64,000 bases of DNA from Prorocentrum cordatum (GCA_963575745.1 CAUYUJ010000003.1:1-64000), one strand, 5' to 3'; positions 11,203 to 23,272 are shown, numbered from the stretch's first letter. Numbers and translations: made by a program. Notes: generated by a model from the sequence alone, not told the origin.

Positions 11203-11258
11203 ATTGAATCAGGTCGCTGCTTGAATCATCAGACTGCTTGAGCAGAGACGGCTACGAA
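11203..11258 (-). other. Dinoflagellate spliced-leader relic plus two possible older tandem relics
   Basis: 11258-11237 reads TTCGTAGCCGTCTCTGCTCAAG (17/22 to TCCGTAGCCATTTTGGCTCAAG). It is followed by cagtctgatgattcaag and cagcgacctgattcaat, ending ~20 nt before the ATG. Confidence 0.7.
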
Positions 11259-11394
11259 GGCACACAATACATAGAAAGGCAGAGGGGGTCGATAAGAGGG
11301 AAGAAGGAGTCAACCAGGAATAGTCGAACATTGGGCAGAAGCAGCGCAAGTTCCCCTGCGTGCGATGGGAACTTGCGTCAGGGGTGTTCACCGA

Positions 11395-11615
11395 ACATGT
11401 GTGTATGTGTATGCGCATGTGTGCGTGCATGCATGGGTATGTGTACATGTTTGCGTATGGGTGTGTGCGCTCAGCATTCCTTACTATCATTCGCAATGGT
11501 GTCATCACTTCGTCAGAGCAGGAACCATCGCGTGTGTGTATGTGTGTGTGTGTGCGTGTGTGCGCGTGTGTGAGAGAGTGTGTGTGTGTGTGTGTTTGTT
11601 TGTTTGCGTGTGCTC
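11395..11615. repeat. (GT)n-rich microsatellite
   Basis: Direct reading of the sequence. Confidence 0.9.
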
Positions 11616-11620
11616 GTTTG

Positions 11621-11642
11621 TCCGTAGCCATGTCGGCTCAAA
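11621..11642 (+). other. Dinoflagellate spliced-leader relic
   Basis: TCCGTAGCCATGTCGGCTCAAA, 19/22 identical to the dinoflagellate SL, immediately after a (GT)n tract. Confidence 0.8.
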
Positions 11643-11777
11643 CACGTCCGTCTCAATATAACTACGGCCCGGGCCTGCACAGGGGGTCTAGAGCGCCGGC
11701 CGCCGCCGTCGCATGGATGGAGCTGGTTCGAGGCGTGAGACGGTGGCGACTCATCGGCGCCGGCTGCGCGATGCGGC

Positions 11778-11890
11778 CAGTTGTCCTCATGGTTGTCCCG
11801 ACGGCTATCCCGATGGATGTCCCGATAGTTGTCTCGATGGTTGCCCCGATAGTTGTCCTGATGATTGTCCCGATGGCTGTCCCGATCATA
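11778..11890. repeat. 12-bp tandem repeat (gttgtcccgata-like)
   Basis: About nine degenerate units. Confidence 0.85.
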
Positions 11891-12174
11891 TTCACTTTTA
11901 CATGCCAGCGAGTGTATGATTCCGACAGCATCAATGAGCCAGATAAAACTCAAGTCAACTCAAGGCGGCTGTCTTAGATCAGCCACAAAGGCGGACGAGA
12001 GAAATGACGATAACGACTCCAACCAACAAATATGATAATCATAAAAGAATAATAAGACACACAATATCATGAACATCCCGATGGCTCGAACACGCACCAA
12101 GTCGGAAGACCATAGCTGCCAGGCTAACAAAAAGCTGCGAAGTGCGTGGGGCAGGGGAGAAGAAAGGGAAGAAC

Positions 12175-12212
<38 letters not shown>

Positions 12213-12224
12213 AAAAAAAAGGGA

Positions 12225-12734
12225 AGGACCAGGAACACATGGCCATAAGAGAGGGAGGAGAAGCGAGTGGGGAGGCCCAAGAGCAGGGCCTGTCTGCAAA
12301 GCTCGATGAGATCGACAAGATATAATGCCCGCCACGGAAGCATCTGCAGCGCAGTGGAGAAGAAGCCTTCCTAGAGGCAACACGTGGCTTCCCTTCGCGG
12401 ATGAATCCTGATCTCACGCGTCAGCTGGGGAAGCTCCGCAGGAAAAGCTACGAGCTCGAAAAGGCGGTCAAGAAGTCTCCGGAGGCCGAGAGTGGCAGAG
12501 GGCCGCGAAGGAACAGCTGAGAAAAGTGCCAAGTATGTGGAGAAGGAGACCGCGCTCTTGATCGCCGAGCTCGAGGGGATTGCGGGGCATACGCCAGAGG
12601 AAGGCTGCGACAAACCGGCGAAAACCGCGCGTTACGCGCGCGCCGCGCAAGGAAGCAACACGGAAACGTTCAAGCACTTGCGCCAACACGAAGAGGAACG
12701 CGGTTGGACGCCTGTGGCAGCGCTGCAAGACTGA
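12225..12734 (+). pseudogene. Decayed coiled-coil-like coding fragment (possibly retroelement ORF1)
   Basis: GLSAKLDEIDKI*, DLTRQLGKLRRKSYELEKAVKK and EKSAKYVEKETALLIAELEG in broken frames. No family recognised. Confidence 0.3.
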
Positions 12735-14052
12735 AGGCCCGAGCTCACTGCCACCCGCCCTGCGTCAGGCTGCTGCTTTAGGAGGGCTGCTGCAGGGGGC
12801 TGCCGGAGGGGTCACTGGAGAGACGCGCCCGCGGGAACCGCATACGCCGCGGGACAGCACCGCAGGGGCAGCTGGAGACCTCCGTTGGAGGGCCCCTAAA
12901 GGATGCCGTCAGAGTGGCCGCTGAAGAAGGCCGCAGGAGGGGTCGCTGGAGGATGCCAGTGGACAACGCCGCTGGAGGAGGCCGCTGGACAACCTCCCTC
13001 CGAGGTTCCATGGCTTCCACCCGCTGCGCTACCCCCCCTCCCCCCCTCCCCAAGCTGCAGGTCCGCTATGACTCGCGTCCGTGGGTGGAGAAAAAGTCAG
13101 CGCAGTGCAAAGGGATGGGCTGGAGGGGCAGGGTGTCAGACATGCCGCGAACGCACCTGCTCCCCTGCTCCCTGCCTTGCTCCCGTGATGTGGGGACACG
13201 CCGCCCCCGCGCCATGCCCTGACGGGCACGAAAGGGCCCCCGAGCGGGGCACGGGCGACTCCGGTGCGTCTCGTCTCGTCTCGTCTCCTCCCCCGGAAGA
13301 GGGCCAAGTGCGACAACGGCGGTCCTCGGCAGGGGTCCATCCTGGCCAGTTTTTTGGGGCGGAGCGAAAGCGGTCGCGACGAGAGGCCTCCCCGGGAGGC
13401 CCAAAGAGGGCGAAGACCGCCATGAAGGGCCGACGTTGCCTCGACTGGAAAACAAAGGCGACCGCGGTGACGTCGAAGAGCACGGTGCAGACGAAGGCGA
13501 CGACGGTTGCCACCAAAAAGCGAACCGTGGTGGAAACGGGTCCTGTACCCTGGGCTTTCCCCCTCGGGCCAATTCACCCCGAGCACTCTTTGACGGCCCC
13601 CGTGCCCTGGGACGGTGCTCGAAGGCCGAAGACGGCTACAAACCACGGGGCCCACTGAAACGATCGGTTGCGCTGACGAGGTGCGCCATTCAGCGCGTAA
13701 AGATCGCATCATGGCCCGAAGCCCGAAGCACGTGTGCGGACGGGGGGGGCGCAGGGGGCACACCGAAATAAAAAGAACAACAATAATCCGCTGGTCCTTC
13801 GGCGTGTGCGAAACAATTCTCCGTTTGAGTGGTCGTCGTCGTCGTTGTCGTCGTCGTCGTCGTCGCCAGTCCCAAAAGAACTTTAAAGACAAAAGAAGAA
13901 AACGTCGTAATTCAGTGGGTTGCCTTCTCTTTATCCTTTCCCTGTTGTGGGGTGGCGGGGGTGGGGTGTGTGGGTGGGTGGGCGGGGGGTTCCTGGGTCA
14001 GAATGCCGCCCCCCCTGGGTCCCACCGGGTCTCTGGGGGGGGGGCGGCGGAG

Positions 14053-14356
14053 TGAAAAGCGAGGGTCAGGAGGGTGTAAGCCGAGACCCCGCTGCTTAGG
14101 ATGACGTCGCAAACGTATCACGGTACCCCATAGCTTATCCCATATTGAAGAGCAAAATGGTTGGCGAGAGACAACATATGATATGAGAGGATGCAAGATC
14201 GAAGAATGTAGATGCCCCCTTTATCCGTTACTCCGGTGCAATAATAACTCGCTGACGCGAGGTAGTCGTATAGGACAACGCTGTCTTGAGCCAGACAGCG
14301 GCGGACGTGGGCAAGACGCTCGCTATGCTCACCTTTGTCCCGTTGGTCGTCCTTCA
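14053..14356 (-). repeat. 3' LTR
   Basis: tgaaaagcgagggtc...ggtcgtccttca, alignable along its length to 30987-31283. Confidence 0.92.
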
Positions 14357-14782
14357 CAATCAGAAGGGGATGAGCCGAGCGTCGAGCCACGTCAGAATTA
14401 AGTAATCCAGTATATAGCAGCAAGATACGGGGTAGAGGATGGCGTTTTTTTTTCGAATGCCCAAGCGAAGCAAGTACAATAACCAAAGCAGACAGAGCCA
14501 GCCGTGGGAAATCTCACCGCGGCCGGCAGCGTATTAGGGTTGGCCATGGCAAACACGACCAACCACGGTTGAAAAGAAGGGTCAACCCACTGCTTCGAGC
14601 CGTGGGTCGACGCAAATTAGAATGGATGCCTGAACAAACCTTCAGGCACCAAAGCGTGCGATGCAAGTATAGAAGAAGCCCGTGTCCGAGCAGATGCTGA
14701 CAAGATGCCCGTGCCCGAGCGCGCGCGGGCTGTCCGTCGGCTGCGCATGTGCAGTATCCGCTAGCCTAGGGCAAGGCTAAAA

Positions 14783-15490
14783 TCATGTCTTGTTTCCTCT
14801 GGATGGTGTATACCGCGTTGCCTCATACTTGAATGGCGGTATTCCGCTCATTGCTTGTTGTCCTAGCTCACGATCAATATAGCGCTTGGTATGACCGTCG
14901 GTCGTCCTATCACGTGTATCACACCACTGTGCGCAATCAGCGGTTCCTCGGTTCATCATATGTTGGATCCAGCTGGTCTGTCTGGACAAGGGGCGTCTGT
15001 GTGGCTTCGTCAGGTCCTTATTCGGTAGGGACTTGCATGCCGACTTGGCGAGGATCTCTTTTACATTTACAGCACCTGTTTCTAAAATGTTCTTGAGTTG
15101 TGTCGGTGTAAATGGCCCGGCCTCCAGCTCGTGTAGCGTCACAATGGTAGGATGCCAGTCTTCCAAGTTATGGGCTGCTGCTGGTGTTTCGGGGGGGCAG
15201 CTGGAACGTGCGCGCAGGCGGTGCGACTTGCAGTGCGCGTCGATCAGGCGTGCTGCTGCTTTGCCGCGTGGCGCGCGCCCGTGCAATGAGAGGTTGGATC
15301 CTCGGGCGCCGTGCCTCTCGACTTCGTCGTCGGCGTCGCCGTTGAGGCGGCGACGACCAGAGTCGCTATGTAGGTCCACTTCTCCTGTCGGAGCCACTGC
15401 GTGATCTATTATTGCATTTGGGCCCTGTTGTAGTGTTGCGGCATTGACTCGTCGCGATCGTGCGTTGGTTGCTCCTTGGACGCGTTGCAA
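14783..15490 (-). pseudogene. Copia-type RNase H remnant
   Basis: VDLHSDSG..CKSHRLRARSS..ETPAAAHNLED..QWCDTRDRTTDGHTK (copia W-x-D-T-x-D-x-x-A-D-x-x-T-K end motif). Confidence 0.8.
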
Positions 15491-15499
15491 GGGAATTTC

Positions 15500-16380
15500 A
15501 CATGCTACTCGCTGCGCCTAAGTGATCAGTTCATATGCTAGCGCACAACGTAGGTGGATGAACATGCCCTATGCATTGTTCGTCGCCTCCTCGTCGGCAT
15601 CAGCGCCAGTGAGCTCTGGGTGTTGCGCGGGGCGAAATGTTTTGATCTATTCATTGTGATCAAGCTGAACGTGGCCGTCCTAGGCCATGGGGTGGCGCGC
15701 GGCGCAGTGTGCGCAGCTGCGTTCATTGAATTTGCATCCCCGTGCTTTTTGTTCTACGCGCTTGACGCATTGCCAACAATGTCCTCGGCTCCTGCCAGAT
15801 CTATATCATCTGCGTGCCTGGCGCTTCGGATGTTGTGGGCCCGTCTCGAACTCCTCGTCTTAGGGAGTGGGTTTGAACCCGGAGCCTTGCGTGTTGATCC
15901 GGTGCTTCAGTGAGCGTGCTCAAGTGGCATATTGGGTGCCTGTGCCCAGGCTCAGACACTGGAAACAATGCCTGGATTCGTCATGATGCGCAAAGCCTGG
16001 CAACGTACGCGACGCCGATGCTGAGCCAGGTGGGAGAGTGAAACATGCCGTGCGTTCGTTCTCCCCTGTTGCCTCAGCATGTTCGCGGTGTGTCAGACCT
16101 TTCAGGGGGGCCTTGTCGATGCCCGTGGGAGCTATGACTCATGACTTCTTGCGCGCGGCCGCGCTTGCAAACGGTCTCTGACTTGCCCGGCGAGCTGTGC
16201 CCGAGAAATTCTTTGCGCCGACGGCGTCGACATCCACGCGGTCCATCTCGCCTTTTTTTGTTCTTCGCGACTTTCCGCGCGCGCGTGTCTCGACGCGGTG
16301 ATGTTCGCGGCGTTCTTGATGTCCCGCATTTTGAAACAGTTATTGTAGTGCCAGGTTTTGAATTATGCGTGTAAGGGTTT
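15500..16380 (-). pseudogene. Copia-type reverse transcriptase remnant
   Basis: IDKAPLKGLTHRE..CFTLPPGS..HCFQCLSLGTGTQYA and ARHADDIDLAG (catalytic YxDD-like motif at 15805-15816). Confidence 0.8.
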
Positions 16381-17399
16381 GTATCGATTGGCCGTGTTTA
16401 ACTGCATCTCTGACTCTTTTGGAAGATTGTCTTCCATGGCGACTGCAGCTCTTCTGGGCGCGGCTAGTGCGTGCGAGCGCACGGTGTTTATCTGGCCGTC
16501 GTGGAGTGGTTTATGTTCTTGCTCGGCCAGAACAATTTTAGCCATGCCAGTAACAAAGCGCAGCTCTACATGCTTACCATGTTCGTCCACATCCAGATCA
16601 CATGCTTCGTCATATTCAGTGGTGCAGGGGGCGAGGCACGTGTCGTCTGTGTTGTCATGGCCACAACCGGCTTCATTTAAGTGTCCTTGCTCTTCACTGG
16701 CCAAAACTACGAACGCATGGTTTGCGGTGCGCATGTCTGCGGGTACCGTGTATGGTTCTAATGTAACTATTCCAATCAAATCCTGTCTTCTTGTGGACCA
16801 AAGCACCGTGCTTCAATGCAATGATGTGCGCTTAGAAGTCCATTTCAGATTCCTCGGTGATACTCGAAGGTCGCCCATCAAGTGCGGCTGGGGCTGAGGC
16901 TGGTTATTCCTCTTGAGCGTGGCCACCCGATGATGTCGAGTCCGCGAGTTCCTCAAACTTGGATGGGTCGTCGTCGACGCCTGCTAAGAGGTTTTGAGGA
17001 TTGGAGGCGTTGGATGATGAGGGCATGTGTGGTTCCAATGGCGTCGTGAAAATTGAAGGCCGCGCCTTCGGATTCGTAGTCGTGAAATCCTGGTGGAGCG
17101 TCGTTGTCGTAGTATACCAGGGTACATCTATCAGCAAATGGTGCCGCTGGTAACCTGTGGATGCTATTCGCCAATCGTACTGTTAGCACGTCTTGAAATT
17201 CGGGAGTCAATTATGATGAGAAGCTGCAAGGCGAAGGATACCTTAGGCAAGACTCTACTCGCCGTGGTTATCTGCAGGTTTCTGTGCTCGGTCGGCAGGT
17301 AGCCGGATGCAAATGCAAGTTTCCCCGCTGGTAGGCTGCGATGAACGCCGGCACTGCGCGCGCGGCCGTGTCTTCGGAACCGAACCCGCGGACGATGAG

Positions 17400-18300
17400 T
17401 ACTACCAAGTACAATGCATGACGTAAGTCGGGATACTGGACAAGGGCCTCGCGACGGCCGACCTGACCTGCGGCCTGACCTCGGTCCGGGTAGTTTCGTG
17501 CGGTGGGGCATGGGCCGTTCCATCCACCCCAGCCGTCCATAGTAGTTGTCGGGGATGGTAGTCAACGAGATTACCAGGCTGATAGGCGTGATGTCCTGCC
17601 GCTGCGGTTTTAGTGCGCGCGGTTCGGTTCGCCATAGCTACTTCCGCGGCCTGTGTTATAGCCGCAGTGCTCACCTCCTTCTATGAGCGTGGGGACACTA
17701 GTGGAATGCTGTGACGTTTGTGTTCCTCTCTCATGGCATGTGTGCTGAGTCTGGGGATGCCGCTGCGTGCCTCAATGGTGGCGGCGTGCTGGCCTCTGGC
17801 ATGGATGCGAAATTCCGCGCCCCTGCCTTCAGGATAACGTTCGCGGCGTTAATGTTTAAGGCGCCTTCTCCGTCTGAGCGCGTCGCAGTCGCTGGGCCGC
17901 GTTGCGTCCAGCGCCGGTGATAAGCGTCTAAGATGGCGTGCGTCGCCTTGTCGGCTATCTGTTGGCCAGCTGCCCTGCGCGTGCATCGGTCGATGATATG
18001 GGGCACGATGTACTGTTCATAATGCATCAGATCGCATTCGGCCTCCTCGTTGAATGTACCTGGGAGGCTGACTGATGGCATGACTGTGTTTCCTGGTTTC
18101 TCCCAAGCTCTTCACTCGGGGCATGAGTTAACCGCGCCCCAGCCCGCCATTAGATATAATCACGCACATCTTCGGCTTCGGTTCGGAGGTGCGGAACCAC
18201 CATTGGTGGAGTTTGCGCAGTTCTTTTCGTGGCAGGGATGTGATCGACACTGCGCATGTTGGGAACTTATTGGGTGTCAAACCTAATCCTGCCGGACAGT
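17400..18300 (-). pseudogene. Integrase remnant (HHCC + DDE core)
   Basis: KELRKLHQWW..SCPE*RAWEKPG..FNEEAECDLMHY..HIIDRCTR..RSDGEGAL; downstream YQPGNLVDY..GW.GP. Confidence 0.85.
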
Positions 18301-19059
18301 CTTGCTCGTGGCCGTGCTTCGGCCTGGGGCGGGAGCGGATGCGATGCGGCGCCACCTTGTTCGCGCCCGCGCCGTCCTGCGACGCGCGGTGGGTCGGTGG
18401 AGCTGCCGGCGCGAGAAGTGCTAGCGCTACTGCCGTCAGGTCCGTGGGCACCTCGTGTCATATCGTAGGTGCTTGCGCCCGCAGTCGGGTCTCCAGGGTT
18501 TCTACGCGTAAGTAGAGGTGCGCGTGGCCGCGCATCGCTCCGCGGCCTCTGTCGTGCAGGCGGCAGTTCTGGAGCAGGCCCTGCTGGTGCAGATGCATCA
18601 TCGAACAGTTCGTCTGCCGGTGCTGGTGCCGCTGCTGACGCAGCGGCTGCTGGTGCCAATGCGCCGTCCGCTGGCGCTAGTGCAGCTAGCGGGGCTCGCC
18701 GGAAGTTAACTGGTGGTTGCCGAGTTCTCGTGGATCAAAATTTGCCAGGTGTTCGCATGTAGCCCCGCTTGTTTTTGCTATTGTCCTTTTTGCAGCTTGG
18801 ACATCCTCAGTCGTGGGGCGCTTTGTCGAACCACCGACATAGTCGTGGATGGCGGTTGTGCCGTGATGAGTTCATGCGTGCGTTATCAACGCCTGCTGGA
18901 CAACCCAGCCCGCTCGACGGTGGTCGGCGGATTGGCCCATGAACTTCTCGAGGTAAGGTGGGATCGTTAAGATCGTAACCGGCACTGTTTATCACCAGAG
19001 TGTTTGCCTATTTCCGATATGCGAATGGGTTTCAAGCTCGAGCAGAAGGGCCCCGTGCA

Positions 19060-19716
19060 ATCTTGACCGCACCATCGATCAAGGACCGCACGTTCGGTGT
19101 ATATCGGGCCGCCTGTGCTAATTCTCGGTTGCGTGCCTGGGCATGTTTGTGATGGCCAGATCATCCTTCGTTTTCGAAAAGGGTTAAGAACTGCTCTGTG
19201 GTTAAACATAATGATGGCGGGTTTTCTGATAAGTGCGCCGTGGGGGTCTCGTAGCCCTGTCGAGTATTAGTCAATGACCTTGCGATTGGCCAGTGTCGAC
19301 CATGTAATAATCTCATCTGCCCACGTGCCAACCAGCTGTTCCCGAAAGGATAGGCGTGTTTGGTCGTCTTGCGTGGCGGCGATCTTGCAGCATAGCGTGA
19401 TGTGGGGAAGGTCTCCCTTGTGGTGTTCATACAAAGTGTCGCGGTTCATCTATGCGTTGCAGTGTGGGTGGGTGGGGTGGGGGGCGGGGTTGGGCGGGGG
19501 GTGGGGTGGGGGGGGGGGCAAGCCTGTGGATCTGCAGTTGGGTTGAAATATTTGAACTGTGACGAAGCAGTTGTGCTGATCGTGTTTCACAGCTTGCTGT
19601 GCCCATGGGTTTTAGGTTTCCTAATCAAGATTGATGAATATGTCAAGGCTACCTCTAGAAATTAATATTCTTGTGAGAGCCAATTGGGATATGCCTCCCG
19701 TGCCCCCATGGCACGG
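19060..19716 (-). pseudogene. C5 cytosine-methyltransferase-like domain remnant inside the LTR element
   Basis: Motif I-like PCHGGTGGISQLALTRILISRGSLD (19716-19640). Motif IV-like QIFQPNCRSTG (QPNC 19534-19545). Motif VI-like SFREQLVGTW. Motif VIII-like VID*YSTGLRD..IRKP. Motif X-like ELAQAARYTP. Confidence 0.6.
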
Positions 19717-21559
19717 GGTAGGTATAATCGAAAATACTTCGGCGTGCATGTCCGCCACGATAGGTAGTGTTAAGGAGAGAGTATCGTCTTCTGATTGAAG
19801 CTACTGTTGGAACGTCGGAATATAACGTGGCACGCCCCAGGCCTCTGAGGTCATCGCCGCAGTCGTCAGTGCCGTCTGCGAGCTTTTTGGGTATCTTCTT
19901 TGGCTTGATGCCGGCTTCCTTACAACATTTTAACTTTTCTGCTTGTTTCAGCCGGGCGTCAGTTGGTAATGCTGCGTGTGTTTGCAGCGCGTCATCCTCA
20001 AGTGCAGAGAACGGTGCAATGTTTGGGAGGCCCCCGTTGGGCCCGATCGAGAGGGGGAGAGAGATCGACAATCTACGATGAACGTAACTCGTTTTCTCAG
20101 GCATGTCGTTCGCCCGCGGCCGAGCATGGCATAGGCCGCGGGTTCCCAAATGCAATCGTGCACGTGCGTTGCCAACGCCTGGTGGCGACGGCGCGTTCCA
20201 ATCGCATCCTGTCGGTTGGTATTTTACTCGGATATCTTGGGCCGCCAATTTGGCGCTAGATCCAGGGTGACGCGACGGACTGCGTCGTCCCGTCGGCCCG
20301 CTTGCATTCGATTGTACATGGTTCTTCGCGTTCATGTCTGCGCGGGTGAACGCGCCTAGCTATGTGTGCTTATTGTCCTCTCTGTGGACATGTGTTTGTC
20401 CAGTTTGTCCAACGCTTGTGCGATCAGGGATTCAATAGTTTTGTCGCCACTCGGCGTGTTGTTGTTCGTGTCCATGCTAACGCAGTTGGTGTTCAGTTGC
20501 TGATGTACACGTGCATGTCCCACTGGTTTATCGGGGTCCTTGGGCGCGAGGTACATATCTGTATATATGAGCCGCTCGGTATCTGACTGCCGCGGTCGCA
20601 CTTGATGCCGAAGTGGCAGAGGCGCGCCCGGATATCTCTGTGGTCTAAACTCACATGAACTTCTCATTGGTCCCAATTTCCAGGAATAGCCCGGAGGTCC
20701 ATCATGCTAATTACTTGCGCCCTGAGGGCGCGCGCTTTGGTTGGGGAGTTCCGCATTCCCTCGCAATGCGGCCCGGCGCGCCCCCCCGGCAGTCGCGCGC
20801 GCCAGTCGGCGGGCGTGGTCGCCAAGAGCAGTGCGTAATCTCCCGCCAACGAGCCGCCTAAGTATTGGGTTTCCATGTGGCGGCAGACATCAGAATATCC
20901 TCTGTGACAAGCGCTCTAGAATGAAAGGGCTCATCGTCAATTTTATAGCGAGTGGCCGTGCGCTCTGGTACTGCATAGCACGCGTTCGCGCGCTTGGCCT
21001 CGTCGGAATCGGGCCCGGCTGCCCCCGTCAAGGAGCGTCGACGCGGGGCGCGGAGCTCGGGGGATCGCTGCTCGTAAACGCCCGCCCCCCCCATCGCGGC
21101 TCGCGCCGCCCTGCTCTGCGGCATTGCGCTGCGACGAGCATAGGTCGCAGATGAAACGCCTGCGGCAAGTCCCCCCTTCCGAGCGGAACAGCGCCCCACT
21201 ACTCTCTGGGCGTTTGCGCCCTGGACACGTGGGTGGAAGCGGTGCGTCAGCGCATCCAGCTCCCACTTCTCCACATATGTCTTCGCCTTAATATGGATTC
21301 CTGCAAGCGGCCCGCGGGTCATCTCACGGGGGCGGTCCGAACGATGCCAACGGTCCAGCGCTGTGCTGACCGTCGTATTCGCGGCGTCGTTTACCGCCCT
21401 ATCCATGGAAACGATGCAGGTTCTCGTCGTTGCATGCGCCAGTGGCCTGGCTTGCCTGGGACACCTGTCCGCGACTATCTTTTGTCTCGGTACCATGGCG
21501 GGCGCATCCGCCGTCGCTGACGCGCGCGATGGCGCTTTCCAGCGCGGCGCTGCTAAAGC

Positions 21560-22050
21560 CGGGAATGGCCGCCCCAGAATTGAAATGCGGGGTGGCCGGG
21601 TGGCTCGATGGCGTCGTCTCAAGCATGAGCACCTTCGCGCCTCTTCCCAGCATCGCCATGTGGGCGGCGCTGCCAGGACATATGATGCGCTCGCGGCCTG
21701 CCTGCAATATCAAGATCGCCCTCTGCTGCTGCGCGGAGGTCTGGCCGGGGATGGCGGGCGCGCCCTCGACAGAACCCTCGGCGACGTTGCCGACGAAGCG
21801 ACCCATCCTGGTAACTGCAGGCTTGTCATGATTATGTACTGGCACGCGATAGATAAGGCCCCAAGCTCGCGGCACGCTACTGCTCCGCTCCCGACGCCGT
21901 CGACGTGCAACGACAGTTAATGGTCCTCGATGCGCGGCGCGTGTCTGCGCTGTCTCTGGCTGTCAAACTCTCTGACGGCGCTTATGCCACTGGTGCTGAT
22001 GTTGCCCAAACAATGCTTCCACGTAAGGGTTCGTGCTTGGCCTATCCATC
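21560..22050 (-). pseudogene. Retropepsin-like aspartic protease remnant
   Basis: LGNISTSGISAVREF..LHVDGVGSGAVAC (flap)..AEGSVEGAPAIPG..RAILILQAG..CPG..LETTPSSHP. Confidence 0.65.
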
Positions 22051-22244
22051 TCGGGGCCATGTGCCGCCCGTCGCCGTCTGTCGCCGCCGCTCGTCTCGGG
22101 GCCGCGGGCGGCTGTCGCCGTCCGCGCCGCCCGTCGCCGCCGTCGCCGCCGCCGTCGCCGCCGCCGTCGCCGCGCCGTCGCAGCCGACGTCGCCGCCGCG
22201 CACAGCGCTGCTTGCACCGCGTATATAATGGGAATAATACTAGA

Positions 22245-22282
22245 ATTAGTAGTCGTAGTAGTAGTAGTAGTAGTAGTAGTAA

Positions 22283-22313
<31 letters not shown>

Positions 22314-22323
22314 CGTAGTAGTC

Positions 22324-22362
<39 letters not shown>

Positions 22363-22476
22363 ATCGTAGTCGTAGTCGTAGTAGTAGTAGTGGTAGTAGT
22401 AGTAGTAGTAGTAGTAGTCGTAGTCGTAGTACTCGTCGTGGTAGTGGTTGAAGTAGTAGAAGTAGTAGTCGTAGTA

Positions 22477-22528
<52 letters not shown>

Positions 22529-22728
22529 CAGTAGTAGTAGTATCAGTAGTAGTAGTGGTAGTGGTAGTAGTAGTAGGTGGCATAGTAGTAGTGGTAGTAG
22601 TCGTAGCAATTGTAGTAGTAGTACCGTGGCAGTAGTTGGAGTAGTCGTAGTAGGAGTAGTCGTAGTAGTCATAGAAGAAGTAGTAGTGATAGTACTAGTG
22701 GTAGTAGTAGTAGTCGTAGTAGTAGTAA

Positions 22729-22762
<34 letters not shown>

Positions 22763-23060
22763 CGTAGTAGTCGTAGTAGTAGTAGTACTCGTGGCAGAAA
22801 TTGCAATACTGATTTTACTAGCCGTACCGAGAGTACAAATACTATTGGTAGGAGTAGTAGTAGTCGTAGAAGTTGCGGTCGTAGTAGTAGCAGTAGTACG
22901 AGTAGCAGTATGAGTTGTAGTAGTAGGAATCGTACGCAGTAGATGCAGTAGTAGTTGAGAAGTAACAATAGCGATAGATTCGTGGTAGTCAGTGGTAGTA
23001 GGAATGGTCCCAGTCTTGGTCGTAGTAGGAACAGTAGTCGTAGTAGTCGTAGTAGTAGTC

Positions 23061-23103
<43 letters not shown>

Positions 23104-23106
23104 CAA

Positions 23107-23161
<55 letters not shown>

Positions 23162-23222
23162 CGTAGAAGTCTTCGTCGTCGTAGTAGTCATGGTAGTAGT
23201 AGTAAAAGTAATAGCAGTAGTC

Positions 23223-23272
<50 letters not shown>

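Noticed and set aside
13100..13720. Possible LINE C-terminal zinc-finger remnants (CQTCR, IHPEHSL)
   Set aside because: Too fragmentary to assign, and no RT motif was found nearby.
14048..14052. Target-site duplication for the LTR element
   Set aside because: Left flank cggag does not match right flank aagtg.
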